64,000 nucleotides of DNA from an uncultured Chloroflexia bacterium (GCA_963728635.1 CAVSKR010000002.1:365053-429052), one strand, 5' to 3'; positions 49,974 through 60,585 are shown, numbered from the stretch's first letter. The notes: generated from the sequence alone by a model not told the origin. Numbers and translations: made by a program.

Positions 49974-50561
49974 GTGCCAGATCAGGTCCCGGCCGACGCC
50001 CGACGCTCGCGTGACGACGGCGAGCGTTCTGCCGACCACGCAGCCATCGACCGCCTCACAGGCGAGCTGCTGCCCGCACTGATCTCGAAGCTCGGGGCGA
50101 CCGGCCTCGGCGAGCTCGAGGTCCGGGAGGGCGAGTGGCGCGTCAGGCTCCGGCGTCCGGCTAGTCCGCCCGCGGGTGGCCGCGACCGGCGCGCCGGCGA
50201 CCGTGGCAGCGCCGAGCGGTCGACGGAGCGCGTGCCCGAGCGGCCGCCGCGTGCCCAGCACCTGCATCCCCACCCCGAGCCCCCGGCCACCGCCCGCTCC
50301 GATTCGCGGAGTGTCGCCACGTCACCGGCGGTCGGCATCTACCAGCCGCGCAAGGACCTGACGATCGGCTCGCGCGTGCGCGCGGGCGACCGGATCGGCG
50401 CAGTCGACATGCTCGGCGTGCCCCAGGAGGTGGTCGCCCCGATCGACGGCGTCGTGGGGACGAGCCTGGTGGAGCCGGGCGAGGCCGTCGAGTACGGCCA
50501 GGAGCTCGTCGTCGTCGAATTCGGCGTCCCGATGTCGACCAACGGCACCGGCAACGCCTGA
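49974..50561 (+). CDS. BCCP-like protein lacking the biotinylated lysine (BADC-like)
   Basis: AccB-like N-terminus LGELEVREGEWRVRLRR; biotinyl domain SPAVG...VDMLGVPQEV...GEAVEYGQEL with DMLG instead of EAMK. Confidence 0.8.
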   Translation: MPDQVPADARRSRDDGERSADHAAIDRLTGELLPALISKLGATGLGELEVREGEWRVRLRRPASPPAGGRDRRAGDRGSAERSTERVPERPPRAQHLHPHPEPPATARSDSRSVATSPAVGIYQPRKDLTIGSRVRAGDRIGAVDMLGVPQEVVAPIDGVVGTSLVEPGEAVEYGQELVVVEFGVPMSTNGTGNA

Positions 50562-51931
50562 TGTTCAAGAAGGTCCTCATCGCCAACCGCGGGGAGATCG
50601 CCCTCCGGGTGCTGCGCGCCTGCCGCACCCTCGGCGCGGAGTCGGTGGTCGCCTACAGCGAGGCAGACCGCGAATCGCTCCCGGTCGGGCTCGCCGACGA
50701 GGCGATCTGCATCGGCCCGCCCGAGGCCCAGCGGTCGTACCTGTCCGCGCCCGCGGTGATCTCGGCCGCGCTGGTCACCGGCTGCGACGCGATCCATCCG
50801 GGATACGGCTTCCTGTCCGAGGACGAGGGCTTCGCCGAGGTGGTGGCGGCCCACGGCATGACATTCATCGGTCCGCCCGCCAACGTCCTGGAGCGCTTCG
50901 CCAGCAAGGCCGGGACGCGCCAGCTCCTGGGCGCCCACGGGCTGCCGACGATCCCGGGTTCGGACGGGATGCTGCGCGACGACATCCACGCCCTCGCGGA
51001 AGCCGAGCGCATCGGCTATCCGGTCCTGGTCAAGCCATCGGCCGGTGGTGGCGGCAAGGGCATGCGCATGGTGCGCACGCCGCGCGAGCTCGAATCCGTC
51101 CTGAGGGTCTGCCGCAGCGAGGCGAAGGCCGCGTTCGGCGACAATTCGCTGTACCTCGAGAAATGGCTCGATGAGAACCGCCACGTCGAGGTCCAGGTCG
51201 CGGTCGACCGGTACGGTCACGGCGTCCACCTCGGGGAGCGCGACTGCTCGGTCCAGCGGCGTCACCAGAAGATCCTCGAAGAGGCTCCGACACCAGCCCT
51301 GTCCGATGCCGTCCGCGAGGATCTCGCGGAGCGCGCGATCCGGGCGGTCGTCGCGGCCGGCTACGAGAACGTCGGGACGCTCGAGTTCCTCGTCGATCGG
51401 GCCGGCAACTTCTACTTCATCGAGATCAACTGCAGGATCCAGGTCGAGCATCCCGTCACCGAGAGCCTGACCGGCGTCGACCTCGTCGCGATGCAGATGC
51501 GCATCGCCGCCGGCGAGCCACTGGGCATCACCCAGGCCGACATCACGTTTTCTGGCCACGCGATCGAATTCCGGATCAACGCCGAGGACCCGGCGCACGA
51601 TTTCCGCCCGGGGGCCGGCGTCGTCGAGCGCTACCACGCGCCGGGCGGGCCGGGCGTGCGCATGGACTCGCACCTGTTCACCGGCTACGAGGTCCCCCCG
51701 TTCTATGACTCCCTGCTCGGCAAGCTCATCGTGTGGGGGCCTGACCGCGAGACCGCCATCGCCCGCGGCCGGGTGGCGCTCGAGGAGCTGGTCATCGACG
51801 GCATCACGACCAATGTCGACATCCACCAGGCGCTTCTCGCCTCCGAGACATTCCTCGAGGGCCGGATGACGACGAACCTGCTGGATCGGGTGGGCAGCGC
51901 GGCCTTCCTCGCGGCGGCCGCCCGGGCATGA
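50561..51931 (+). CDS. accC: Biotin carboxylase
   Basis: IANRGEIA, HPGYGFLSE, GGGGKGM, QRRHQK, EINCRIQVEH, RINAED, YDSLLGK. Confidence 0.97.
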   Translation: MFKKVLIANRGEIALRVLRACRTLGAESVVAYSEADRESLPVGLADEAICIGPPEAQRSYLSAPAVISAALVTGCDAIHPGYGFLSEDEGFAEVVAAHGMTFIGPPANVLERFASKAGTRQLLGAHGLPTIPGSDGMLRDDIHALAEAERIGYPVLVKPSAGGGGKGMRMVRTPRELESVLRVCRSEAKAAFGDNSLYLEKWLDENRHVEVQVAVDRYGHGVHLGERDCSVQRRHQKILEEAPTPALSDAVREDLAERAIRAVVAAGYENVGTLEFLVDRAGNFYFIEINCRIQVEHPVTESLTGVDLVAMQMRIAAGEPLGITQADITFSGHAIEFRINAEDPAHDFRPGAGVVERYHAPGGPGVRMDSHLFTGYEVPPFYDSLLGKLIVWGPDRETAIARGRVALEELVIDGITTNVDIHQALLASETFLEGRMTTNLLDRVGSAAFLAAAARA

Positions 51932-52014
51932 CCGTTGTGCAGACCTGCACACGCCGACCCGTTGCCGCCGGCCGCCACCGCCCAGACTGACCACGACCGT
52001 CCTTGGAGCCGCCC

Positions 52015-52470
52015 GTGACCGACACCGTCCACACGACCGCCGAGATCGAACGCCTGATCCCGCATCGCCACCCCTTCCTCCTGGTCGACCGCATCGTCGA
52101 GTACGACCCGGACGCGAAGCGCATCGTCGGGCTCAAGGGCGTCACGGCGACCGAGTGGTTCTTCGCGGGGCACTTCCCGGGCCTGCCGGTCATGCCCGGT
52201 GTCCTCCAGGTGGAGGCGCTCGCCCAGACCATGGCGGTCTACGTCGCGAAGCAGCCCGGGTTCGGCGACCGGATCGGCCTGTTCGCCGGCATCGACGACG
52301 TGCGCTTCAAGCGGATCGTCGCACCGGGCGACACGCTCCGGCTCGAGGTCACGATGGAGAAGCTCGGCTCGCGGTTCGGCAAGGGCCGCGGCGTCGCGAG
52401 CGTCGCCGGTGAGGTCGCGTGCGAGGGCGTCCTGAGCTTCATCATCCCGCCCGAGGGCGCCCTCCGATGA
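52015..52470 (+). CDS. fabZ: 3-hydroxyacyl-ACP dehydratase
   Basis: IPHRHPFLLVD, GHFPG.PVMPGVL..EA.AQ. Confidence 0.97.
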   Translation: MTDTVHTTAEIERLIPHRHPFLLVDRIVEYDPDAKRIVGLKGVTATEWFFAGHFPGLPVMPGVLQVEALAQTMAVYVAKQPGFGDRIGLFAGIDDVRFKRIVAPGDTLRLEVTMEKLGSRFGKGRGVASVAGEVACEGVLSFIIPPEGALR

Positions 52471-53213
52471 GCCGGATCGCAGCCCTCTCCGACGTCCACG
52501 GCAACGCGGCCGCCCTCGAAGCCGTCCTCGCGGACATCGCACGCGAGAAGCCGGACGTGCTCATGGTCGCGGGCGATCTCGTGCTCAACGGTCCGGAACC
52601 CGCCCTGGTCATCGACGTCCTGCGCAGCCTGGCCGGCGATGGCGCCCTGATCATCGGCGGCAACACCGACATCGCGGTCGCGGATTTCGACTACGCGGCC
52701 GCCTTCCCGTGGATGATCGACGGCGTCCCGGACGCGATCGTCGATGCGGCGGAATGGGCCCACGAGGCGATCGGGGAGGAGCGGCTCGACTGGCTTCGGC
52801 GGCTTCCGGCCGAGCGCCGCTGGCGCACGGACGACGACACGCTCGTCCTGGCCTGCCACGGCTCGCCCGGGTCGCAGACCGCCGGCTTCGACCAGAATCT
52901 CGACCCGTCGGTCACGATCGAGCGGGTCGCGCGGACCGACGCCCGGGTCATCGTCTGTGGCCATACCCACCTGCCCGAGGTTCGCGACTTGGGCTGGAAG
53001 GTCATCGTCAACGATGGGTCCGCGGGCTACGTGTTCGACGGCGACCCGACCGCGTCGTGGGCGCTCATCGACATCGCCGACGACGAGGTCCACGCCGAGA
53101 TCCGGCGCACGACGTTCGACACGCTGGGGGTCGCCAACGCCATCTCGGCCCGCGGTCTTGCGGGCGATGTCTACCGGGCCGCCACTGTCCGAACCGGGAA
53201 ACTCGTGCGATGA
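52467..53213 (+). CDS. Calcineurin-like metallophosphoesterase (YfcE/MJ0936-like)
   Basis: DVHGN, GDLV, GNTD, CHGSP, GHTH, NDGSAG. Confidence 0.9.
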   Translation: MSRIAALSDVHGNAAALEAVLADIAREKPDVLMVAGDLVLNGPEPALVIDVLRSLAGDGALIIGGNTDIAVADFDYAAAFPWMIDGVPDAIVDAAEWAHEAIGEERLDWLRRLPAERRWRTDDDTLVLACHGSPGSQTAGFDQNLDPSVTIERVARTDARVIVCGHTHLPEVRDLGWKVIVNDGSAGYVFDGDPTASWALIDIADDEVHAEIRRTTFDTLGVANAISARGLAGDVYRAATVRTGKLVR

Positions 53214-54460
53214 GCCGGCGGGTCGTGGTGACTGGGATGGGCCTGGTGACCGCGCTCGGGAACGACCTCGAAACGACCTGGGCGGGCATGGTCGCGGGGC
53301 GCTCCGGGATCACGACGATCGATGCGTTCGATCCGTCGCGGCTGACGGTCCGCATCGCGGGCCAGGTCCGCGACTTCGACGCGAGCCACGTCCTCGACCG
53401 CAAGGACCAGCGCCGCACGGACCGCTACATCCAGTTCGGGCTGGTCGCGGCCCGCGAGGCGATGGACCAGGCCGGCCTGCCCGATCGGCTGGAGGGCGAG
53501 CAGGCCGAGCGCACCGGCGCGATCCTGGGCACGGGCCTCGGCGGCGTGGGCACGCTCAACGAAGGCATCAGCACCAACGTGACCCGCGGCCCGGACCGGA
53601 TCAGCCCATTCCTGATCCCGATGGGTATCCCCAACGTCGGGGCCGGGCAGATCGCGATCAACTTCGGCATGACCGGGCCGAACTTCGCGACGGTCTCGGC
53701 GTGCGCCACAGGCGGTCACGCCGTCGGCGAGTCGTTCGAGACCATCCGGCGTGACGACGCCGACATGATGATCGCCGGCGGCACGGAGGCCGGCATCCAC
53801 GAGTTCCTCATCGGCGGGTTTGCCGCGATGCGCGCCCTGTCGACCCGCAACGACGACCCGGCCGGGGCGTCTCGCCCGTTCGACACCGGTCGCGACGGCT
53901 TCATCTGTGGCGAGGGGGCCGGGGTCCTGGTCCTCGAGGAGCTCGAGCACGCCCGGGCGCGCGGGGCGACTCCACTCGCGGAGATCGTCGGCTACGGCGC
54001 GACCGCGGACGCGTCGCACATCACGCTGCCCGCGCCCGGTGGCATCGGTGCCGTCCGCGCCGCGCGACGGGCGCTCGAGAAGGCGGGGCTGTCGCCCGGG
54101 GACGTCGACCACGTGAACGCCCACGCGACGTCGACACCGGAAGGGGACAAGTCGGAGCTCCAGGCGATCAAGACGATCCTCGGCGAGCACGCCGCGGAAA
54201 CGCCGATCACGGCCAACAAGTCGATGATCGGCCACACGCTCGGGGCGGCCGGTGCGATCGAGTCGATCGTGTCGGTCATGACGATCCGCGAGGGCTGCAT
54301 CCCACCGACCATCAATCTGACCGACCCGGATCCTGAGGCCGCGGGGCTCACGATCGTCGCGAACCAGGCCGCTCAGCGGGACGTCGGCGTAGTGCTCTCG
54401 AACTCGTTCGGGTTCGGGGGCCAGAACACGGCCCTGATCTTCCGGCGATGGGACGCATGA
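53210..54460 (+). CDS. fabF: Beta-ketoacyl-ACP synthase II
   Basis: RRVVVTGMG, SACATG, HATST, KSMIGHTLGAAG, NSFGFGG. Confidence 0.97.
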   Translation: MSRRVVVTGMGLVTALGNDLETTWAGMVAGRSGITTIDAFDPSRLTVRIAGQVRDFDASHVLDRKDQRRTDRYIQFGLVAAREAMDQAGLPDRLEGEQAERTGAILGTGLGGVGTLNEGISTNVTRGPDRISPFLIPMGIPNVGAGQIAINFGMTGPNFATVSACATGGHAVGESFETIRRDDADMMIAGGTEAGIHEFLIGGFAAMRALSTRNDDPAGASRPFDTGRDGFICGEGAGVLVLEELEHARARGATPLAEIVGYGATADASHITLPAPGGIGAVRAARRALEKAGLSPGDVDHVNAHATSTPEGDKSELQAIKTILGEHAAETPITANKSMIGHTLGAAGAIESIVSVMTIREGCIPPTINLTDPDPEAAGLTIVANQAAQRDVGVVLSNSFGFGGQNTALIFRRWDA

Positions 54461-55032
54461 CCGACGACCTCGAGCCGATGGCCGTTGGTCCCGGTGCAGA
54501 GCCGCTCGGAGACGGTGTCGTCGGCGCGCCGGACGCGAAGGCCGCGACGCCCCGCGATGACGGCGATCTCGAGCTGCTCGGTCTCATCGATCGTCTCGCG
54601 GCCCTGCTCGACCGCTCGGACCTGACCGAGCTCGAGGTGGAGTCCGGCAGCACCGGCCTCGTCCTGCGCAAGCCATCGGCCCTCGCCCCGATCAGCGTGG
54701 CCAGTGTGGCGGCGTCGTCGCCCGCGGCGTCCGCGGTGGCTGCACCTGCGACCGGCGAGGGAGCGGCCGGGGATCGCGAGGGAGCCCCCACCAAGCCGTC
54801 GATCAAGGCGCCCCTCACCGGCATCTTCTACGCATCGCCGGCACCGGGGACGGCACCGTACGTGGCCGTCGGCGGCGAGGTCGCGGTCGGCCAGATCATC
54901 GGCCTCATCGAGGCCATGAAGCTGTTCAACGAGATCAAATCCGACCTGGCGGGGCGCGTCGTTCGCGTCGTGGCCGAGAGCGGCACGCTGGTCAAGGCGA
55001 AGCAGCCGCTGATCGAGGTCGAGCCACTGTGA
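54457..55032 (+). CDS. accB: Biotin carboxyl carrier protein
   Basis: APLTGIFYASPAPG thumb, IEAMKLFNEI (Lys codon 54919-54921). Confidence 0.95.
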   Translation: MTDDLEPMAVGPGAEPLGDGVVGAPDAKAATPRDDGDLELLGLIDRLAALLDRSDLTELEVESGSTGLVLRKPSALAPISVASVAASSPAASAVAAPATGEGAAGDREGAPTKPSIKAPLTGIFYASPAPGTAPYVAVGGEVAVGQIIGLIEAMKLFNEIKSDLAGRVVRVVAESGTLVKAKQPLIEVEPL

Positions 55033-56234
55033 ACGACGTCGCCCGCCAGCCGCGGGCCCATGTCACCGGCTGGGGCCGCTACGCGCCCGCCCAGGTCCTG
55101 ACGAACAAGGACCTCGAGCGGATGGTCGACACGTCCGACGAGTGGATCGTGACGCGGACCGGGATCCGCGAGCGTCGCGTGGCGGCGGCCAACGAGACGA
55201 CCGCGTCGATGGCCGCGGTCGCCTCGCTGCGTGCGATCAGGACGGCCGGCATCGACCCCGATGACATCGACCTGATCCTGCTCGCGACGCTCACGCCCGA
55301 CTACTGGATGCCGTCGACCGCGGCGCTGGTCAAGGAGGCGATCGGCAACACGCGAGCGGCCGCGATGGACGTCGCCGCGGCGTGCTCCGGGTTCGTGTAC
55401 GCGTTCGCCACGGCCCAGGCGTACATCGCGAGCGGGATCGCCAGGCACGTCCTGGTCATCGGCGCCGAGCTGCTGACCCGCTTCCTCGACTACACCGACC
55501 GGAGCACGTGCATCCTGTTCGGCGACGGCGCCGGTGCGGTCGTGCTGTCGGCCAGTCGACGAGCCGGGTGGCGCGCTCGGGATCGAGCTCACGACCGCGC
55601 CGCAGGGCGCCTACATGATCTGGCTGCCGGCCGGAGGTGCCAAGAGCCCGCCGTCTGCCGAGACGATCGCGCGCGGCGAGCACTTCATCCGGATGGAGGG
55701 CAAGGAGACGTACCGGTTCGCGACGAAGACGATGGCCACCACCGCGCTGGAGTCGGTCCGCAAGTCGGGACTGGCAGCCCGTCGGACATCGACCTGTTCA
55801 TCCCGCACCAGGCCAACATCCGGATCGTCGAGGCCGTCGCCAAGGGACTCGACCTGCCGATGGACAAGATGTACGTCAACCTCGACCGCTACGGCAACAC
55901 CTCTGCGGCGTCGGTGCCGATCGCCCTGGCCGAGGCGGTCAACGAGGGCCGGGTCAAGATCGGCGACCGGATCGTGATGGTCGCGTTCGGGGCGGGCTTC
56001 ACGTCGGGCGCGGTGACGGTCGAATGGACGGCGGACCCGGCCCGTGGACGCGCCGGCGACGCCGCGGTCAACGCCCGACGACGTCCAGGTCCGCCTGCCG
56101 GTCGACTGGGACTCGGTCGACCCGATCCCACCGGCCCTGGCCGAGGTGCTGCGCGGCCCGGCCGCGTCGACGTGCCGCTCGACGACGTCGTCCCGGCGAA
56201 CCCGAATCCGCCGCACTCGGAGGTCCACGCGTGA
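55029..56234 (+). CDS. fabH: Beta-ketoacyl-ACP synthase III (frameshifted)
   Basis: WIVTRTGIRER, AACSGF, LFGDGAGA, IPHQAN, YGNTSAAS, GAGFT across frames. Confidence 0.9.
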   Translation: MNDVARQPRAHVTGWGRYAPAQVLTNKDLERMVDTSDEWIVTRTGIRERRVAAANETTASMAAVASLRAIRTAGIDPDDIDLILLATLTPDYWMPSTAALVKEAIGNTRAAAMDVAAACSGFVYAFATAQAYIASGIARHVLVIGAELLTRFLDYTDRSTCILFGDGAGAVVLSASRRAGWRARDRAHDRAAGRLHDLAAGRRCQEPAVCRDDRARRALHPDGGQGDVPVRDEDDGHHRAGVGPQVGTGSPSDIDLFIPHQANIRIVEAVAKGLDLPMDKMYVNLDRYGNTSAASVPIALAEAVNEGRVKIGDRIVMVAFGAGFTSGAVTVEWTADPARGRAGDAAVNARRRPGPPAGRLGLGRPDPTGPGRGAARPGRVDVPLDDVVPANPNPPHSEVHA

Positions 56235-56986
56235 TCGATCTGACCGGCAAGGCGGCTCTCGTGACCGGCGGCTCGCGCGGGATCGGCAAGGCCATCGCGC
56301 TGCGGCTCGCCCGCCAGGGCGCCGACGTCGCGTTCAGCTACAAGGGCAACGCCGACGCCGCGAAGGCGACGGCGGCCGAGATCGAGTCGATCGGGACCGA
56401 AGGCGCTGCGCGATCCAGGGCGACGTCCGGGAGCCCGAGTCGGCCGACGCGCGTCGTGAAGGCGGCGCTCGAGGCGTTCGGCAAGGTCGACATCCTCGTC
56501 AACAACGCCGGGATCACCCGCGACGACCTGATCATGCGGATGAGCGAGGACGCGTGGCGCGACGTCCTCGAGACGAACCTGTTCGGGGCGTTCTGGATGA
56601 CCAAGGCCGTCACCCGGCCGATGCTCAAGGCACGCGCGCGGCCGGATCGTCAACATCACGTCGGTGTCGGGCCAGGCCGGCCAGATGGGCCAGGCGAACT
56701 ACTCGTCGGCAAAGGCCGGGCTGATCGGGCTGACCAAGGCGACGGCGCGCGAGCTCGCGTCGCGCGGCATCACCGTCAACGCCGTCGCACCCGGCTTCGT
56801 GCTGACCGAGCTGACCAAGGACCTGCCCGAGGCGCTGCAGGACGAGATCACCGTCGCGCACGCCGCTCGGGCGGTTCGGCACGACCGAGGAGATCGCCGA
56901 CGCCGTCGCGTTCCTCGCGTCGGACGAGGCCGGCGTACATCACCGGCCAGGTCCTCGCCGTCGACGGCGGCCTGGTGATGATGTAG
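56231..56986 (+). CDS. fabG: 3-oxoacyl-ACP reductase (frameshifted)
   Basis: [49 protein letters not shown]. Confidence 0.9.
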   Translation: MIDLTGKAALVTGGSRGIGKAIALRLARQGADVAFSYKGNADAAKATAAEIESIGTEGAARSRATSGSPSRPTRVVKAALEAFGKVDILVNNAGITRDDLIMRMSEDAWRDVLETNLFGAFWMTKAVTRPMLKARARPDRQHHVGVGPGRPDGPGELLVGKGRADRADQGDGARARVARHHRQRRRTRLRADRADQGPARGAAGRDHRRARRSGGSARPRRSPTPSRSSRRTRPAYITGQVLAVDGGLVMM

Positions 56987-57214
56987 GTCGAACGCCCTAG
57001 GACCCTTACCGGACCCGCCCGGTACCGCTGGCGAGGACCAACGCGGCAACCCCTGATGGACGATGCGGCCGTATGACCGCGCGCCTCCGTCACCGCGACG
57101 TTGCTGGTTCGCGCCCCGGAACGGGCTCCCGGCACGGGCCGCCCGTCCGTGTTCCGGCGTCTGCTTGCCGCGGCCGATCCCCCACCGCACCCCGACGGGG
57201 TGCCGGAGGCCCGG

Positions 57215-59286
57215 ATGGGCCTCGAATCGGAGCTCGCGGAGCGGCTCGACAGCGTCCTCGGCATCGCCGAGCGACTCGCCGCGTCGCACGACCGGCAGGA
57301 ACTGTTCCGGACGATCGTCGACGAGACGAAACGGGCCCTCCGGGTCGACTACGTCGACGATCCGGATCCTGCGCGATGACCAGCTCGTACGTCGCAGCGT
57401 GGGCGGGCCTGCCCGACGACGTCGCCACCGCCCTGCCCGTCATTCGGCGTCGGCGAGGGCTGGGTCGGCGAGGTGCTGCGGACCGGGCGGGCCGCCGCGT
57501 GGACCGGACACGCGCACGGATCGGCCGGTACGGCAGCGAACGAGTACGACGGGATCCTCGAGTTCGCGGGCGACCTCATCGCGCCGCTCATGCACCACGA
57601 CCGGGTGATCGGGGCGCTGTCGGCGGTGACCCGCGAGCCGCGCGCAATGGACCGACGGCGACGTCGCCTTTCTCACGACGCTCGCGACCCACGCCGCGAT
57701 CGCCCTGACCAACGCCGAGCTCTTCGAGCAGACCGAGGCGAAGGCCGCCCAGCTGACCGTCCTCCAGGCGGCCTCGGGCCGGCTCAGCCGCGCGACGCTC
57801 GGTCGAGGCGGTCGGGCGAGCCCTGGTCGAGGAGACGCGCCGGATCATCGACTACCACAACGCGCGCGTGTACCTCATCGAGCTGCCCGACCAGGTCGTG
57901 CCGATCGCATTCGAGGGACGCGTGGGAGCCTACGAGCATGTCGATCTCGACCTCCTGCGCTGCCGGCTCGGCGAGGGCTTCACCGGCTGGGTCGCGCAGC
58001 ACGGCGAGCCGCTCCTGATCAACGACGCCAACCGCGATCCGCGGGGACAGACGATCGCCGGCACCGACGACATCGACGAATCGATGCTCGTCGTCCCGAT
58101 GCGCTACGACGAGGAGACCGTCGGCGTGATCACGCTGTCGAAGCTCGGTCTGGACGGTTTCGACGGGGACGACCTGCGGCTTCTGGCCATCCTCGCGGAC
58201 CACGCCGCGACCGCGCTCGAGACGGCCCGGCTGCTGAGCCGGAGCCAGGAGCTCGCGCTGGAGCTGCGGCGGATGCTCGACATGAGCGGCGAGCTCTCGG
58301 AGAGCCTCGACCCGCGTCAGGTCGCGAACCTGATGGCAGGCCACCTCGCCCGGGCGATGGGCGTCGATGAATGCGCCATCAGCTACTGGGATCGACCGTC
58401 CGGGCGGGTCGAATCACTCGGCTACTACCCACTGCTCGACGAGCTCGAGCCGTACTTCGAGGTCGACGGCTTTCCGGAAACGCTGCGTGTCCTCGAGCGG
58501 CAGGTCACGGTCATCATCGACGCCGAGGACACCCGCGCCGATCCGGCCGAGGTGGCCCTCCTGCGGCGCGACGGCATCCGCATGCTCGTGATGCTTCCGC
58601 TCGTCGCCAAGGGCCAGTCGATCGGCCTCGTCGAGCTGTTCTCGCGCGCCGAGGCACGCTGGGATGCCCAGCGCCTCGAAGTCGCGCGGACGATGGCCAA
58701 CGAGGCGGCCATGGCCCTCGAGAACGCGCGGCTGTACGAGGACGCCCGCAAGCGCGCGGACCGCGACCCGCTGACCGGCTTCTTCAACCACCGCTACCTG
58801 CATGAGCGGATGGGGGAGGAGGTCGTCCGGTCGCAGCGGGGCAAGCGCCCGCTGAGCCTGATGATGCTCGACCTCGACGATTTCAAGCTCGTGAACGACA
58901 CGTTCGGACACCTGTTCGGCGACCGCGTCCTGACCTGGGCGGCCGAGCTGATCAAGGCCACCCTCCGCACGTCGGACGTGCCGGCCCGGTACGGCGGCGA
59001 CGAGTTCGCCGTGATCCTGCCCGACACCGATGCTGCGGATGCGGTCCACGCTGCCGAGCGGATCCTCGCGGCGTTCCGCGATCGCCCATTCATCGGCGAG
59101 CAGCGCGGCCCGGTCCCGATCGCCGCTTCGATCGGCGTGGCGACGTTCCCCGCCGACGGTCGCACGGCGACCGAGTTGATCGCGTGTGCCGACCGGCGTC
59201 TTTACCAGGTCAAGCGTGACGGCGGTCACGGTCGGGCGACCGGCGCGGATGGCACGGCCGAGGACTCCGCCGAGCCGGTCGCGTAG
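57215..59286 (+). CDS. Multi-GAF diguanylate cyclase (N-terminal region frameshifted; start approximate)
   Basis: GGAGG+ATG 57215; three GAF-like segments (APLMHHDRVIGAL, VPMRYDEETVGVI, LPLVAKGQSIG); RTSD-VPARY-GGDEF. Confidence 0.85.
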
Positions 59287-59382
59287 GCGGACCAGGACGG
59301 AAGTACCAGGCCGCATCCCCCATCGGTACCATCCCGCGCTAGTGGACGCGGCGGGGTCTGGGTCGCATCCTTAACTCCCGAG

Positions 59383-60585
59383 TTGACCCGCTCCACCCAG
59401 CGCCCCGCGCGCCCCGTGGACCCGTCGGATCGCCGGATCCGTCGGTCCTGGTGGACCTTCTCCGTCGCCTTCCTCCTCGTTGTCGTCGTGGTCCTCCTCC
59501 GCGCCCTTGCCGCGGATGCGACGCTCGCCGACCGGTTGCTGCTGGTGGTCATGCTGGTTGCCGGTTTCGCGGCGTTCGTCCACGGTGCCGCCGTTGCCGA
59601 CCTCGGCGCCCGGCGACGCGACGAGGCCGAATCGTTCGCGCGGATCCTGAGTGGCTTGTCACGCTCCGTGTCGCCCGATGCGATCGTCGACGCCATCGCC
59701 GAGGACCTCGGTCAGGCCACGGCCGCCGACCACGTCGTGGTGGTCCGACGAGCGGAGGACGACCGGGAGCTCGCCGCGCACCTCGTGAGCCTCCGCCCGG
59801 GTGTGCCGGATCACTCGACGCCGCTCCCGCTCGGCGACCTGGAGGACCCCGTCCGGGGCCGACCGGCGACCCCTGCCGAGGCCGCTGACCGGATCGCCCG
59901 CCGGGTCCGCGACGTCTACGGGCTCGGACAGGTGCTGGCCGCTCCGCTGACGACCGTGGATGGCGTCGTGGGCGCCCTCGTCGTTTCGCGCCGGGTCGGC
60001 TCGACGTGGCCGGAATCCACGCGTCGGATCCTGGGCGGCGCGGCGATCGAAGCGTCGGCGGCGCTCGCCCGAGCCTACTCTCACCGCGACGCGGAGGCGC
60101 GCGCCTCCACCGATGCGCTCACGGGGCTGCCCAACCGCCGCTACTTCGACGAGTTCGTGGGCCTGCTGGCGCAGCGTCGCCGGGCCGGGGACGCGGTCGG
60201 GATCCTGATGGTCGACATCGACCGGTTCAAGGCCCTCAACGACAAGCACGGGCACGCGACCGGCGATGCGGTGCTGCGTGCGGTGGCCGGTGCGATCGTG
60301 TCCGCGGTGCGCGAGGACGATGTGCCTGCGCGCTTCGGCGGGGAGGAGTTCGTCGTGCTGCTGCGCAACCCGGATCCGGGAGTCGCGGTCGAGGTCGGTG
60401 AGCGGATCCGCGCCGCGGTCCGCGGGCTCGACCTGCGCCACCTCGCGGTCCCGGCGCCGAGCGTGTCGATCGGTGTCGCGGTCGCGACCCGCCCGGACGA
60501 GGACATCGAATCGCTCATCGATATCGCCGACCAGGCGCTCTACCGGGCGAAGCGGGCCGGGCGCGATCGGGTGGTCGCCGCGTAG
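59383..60585 (+). CDS. Membrane GAF-GGDEF diguanylate cyclase
   Basis: Two N-terminal TM helices; DALTGLPNRR, DIDRFK, REDD-VPARF-GGEEF. Confidence 0.9.
   Translation: MTRSTQRPARPVDPSDRRIRRSWWTFSVAFLLVVVVVLLRALAADATLADRLLLVVMLVAGFAAFVHGAAVADLGARRRDEAESFARILSGLSRSVSPDAIVDAIAEDLGQATAADHVVVVRRAEDDRELAAHLVSLRPGVPDHSTPLPLGDLEDPVRGRPATPAEAADRIARRVRDVYGLGQVLAAPLTTVDGVVGALVVSRRVGSTWPESTRRILGGAAIEASAALARAYSHRDAEARASTDALTGLPNRRYFDEFVGLLAQRRRAGDAVGILMVDIDRFKALNDKHGHATGDAVLRAVAGAIVSAVREDDVPARFGGEEFVVLLRNPDPGVAVEVGERIRAAVRGLDLRHLAVPAPSVSIGVAVATRPDEDIESLIDIADQALYRAKRAGRDRVVAA

Noticed and set aside
55500-57900. fabH, fabG and cyclase N-terminus as pseudogenes
   Set aside because: Essential FAS genes with intact motifs; indels cluster regionally, consistent with read error.
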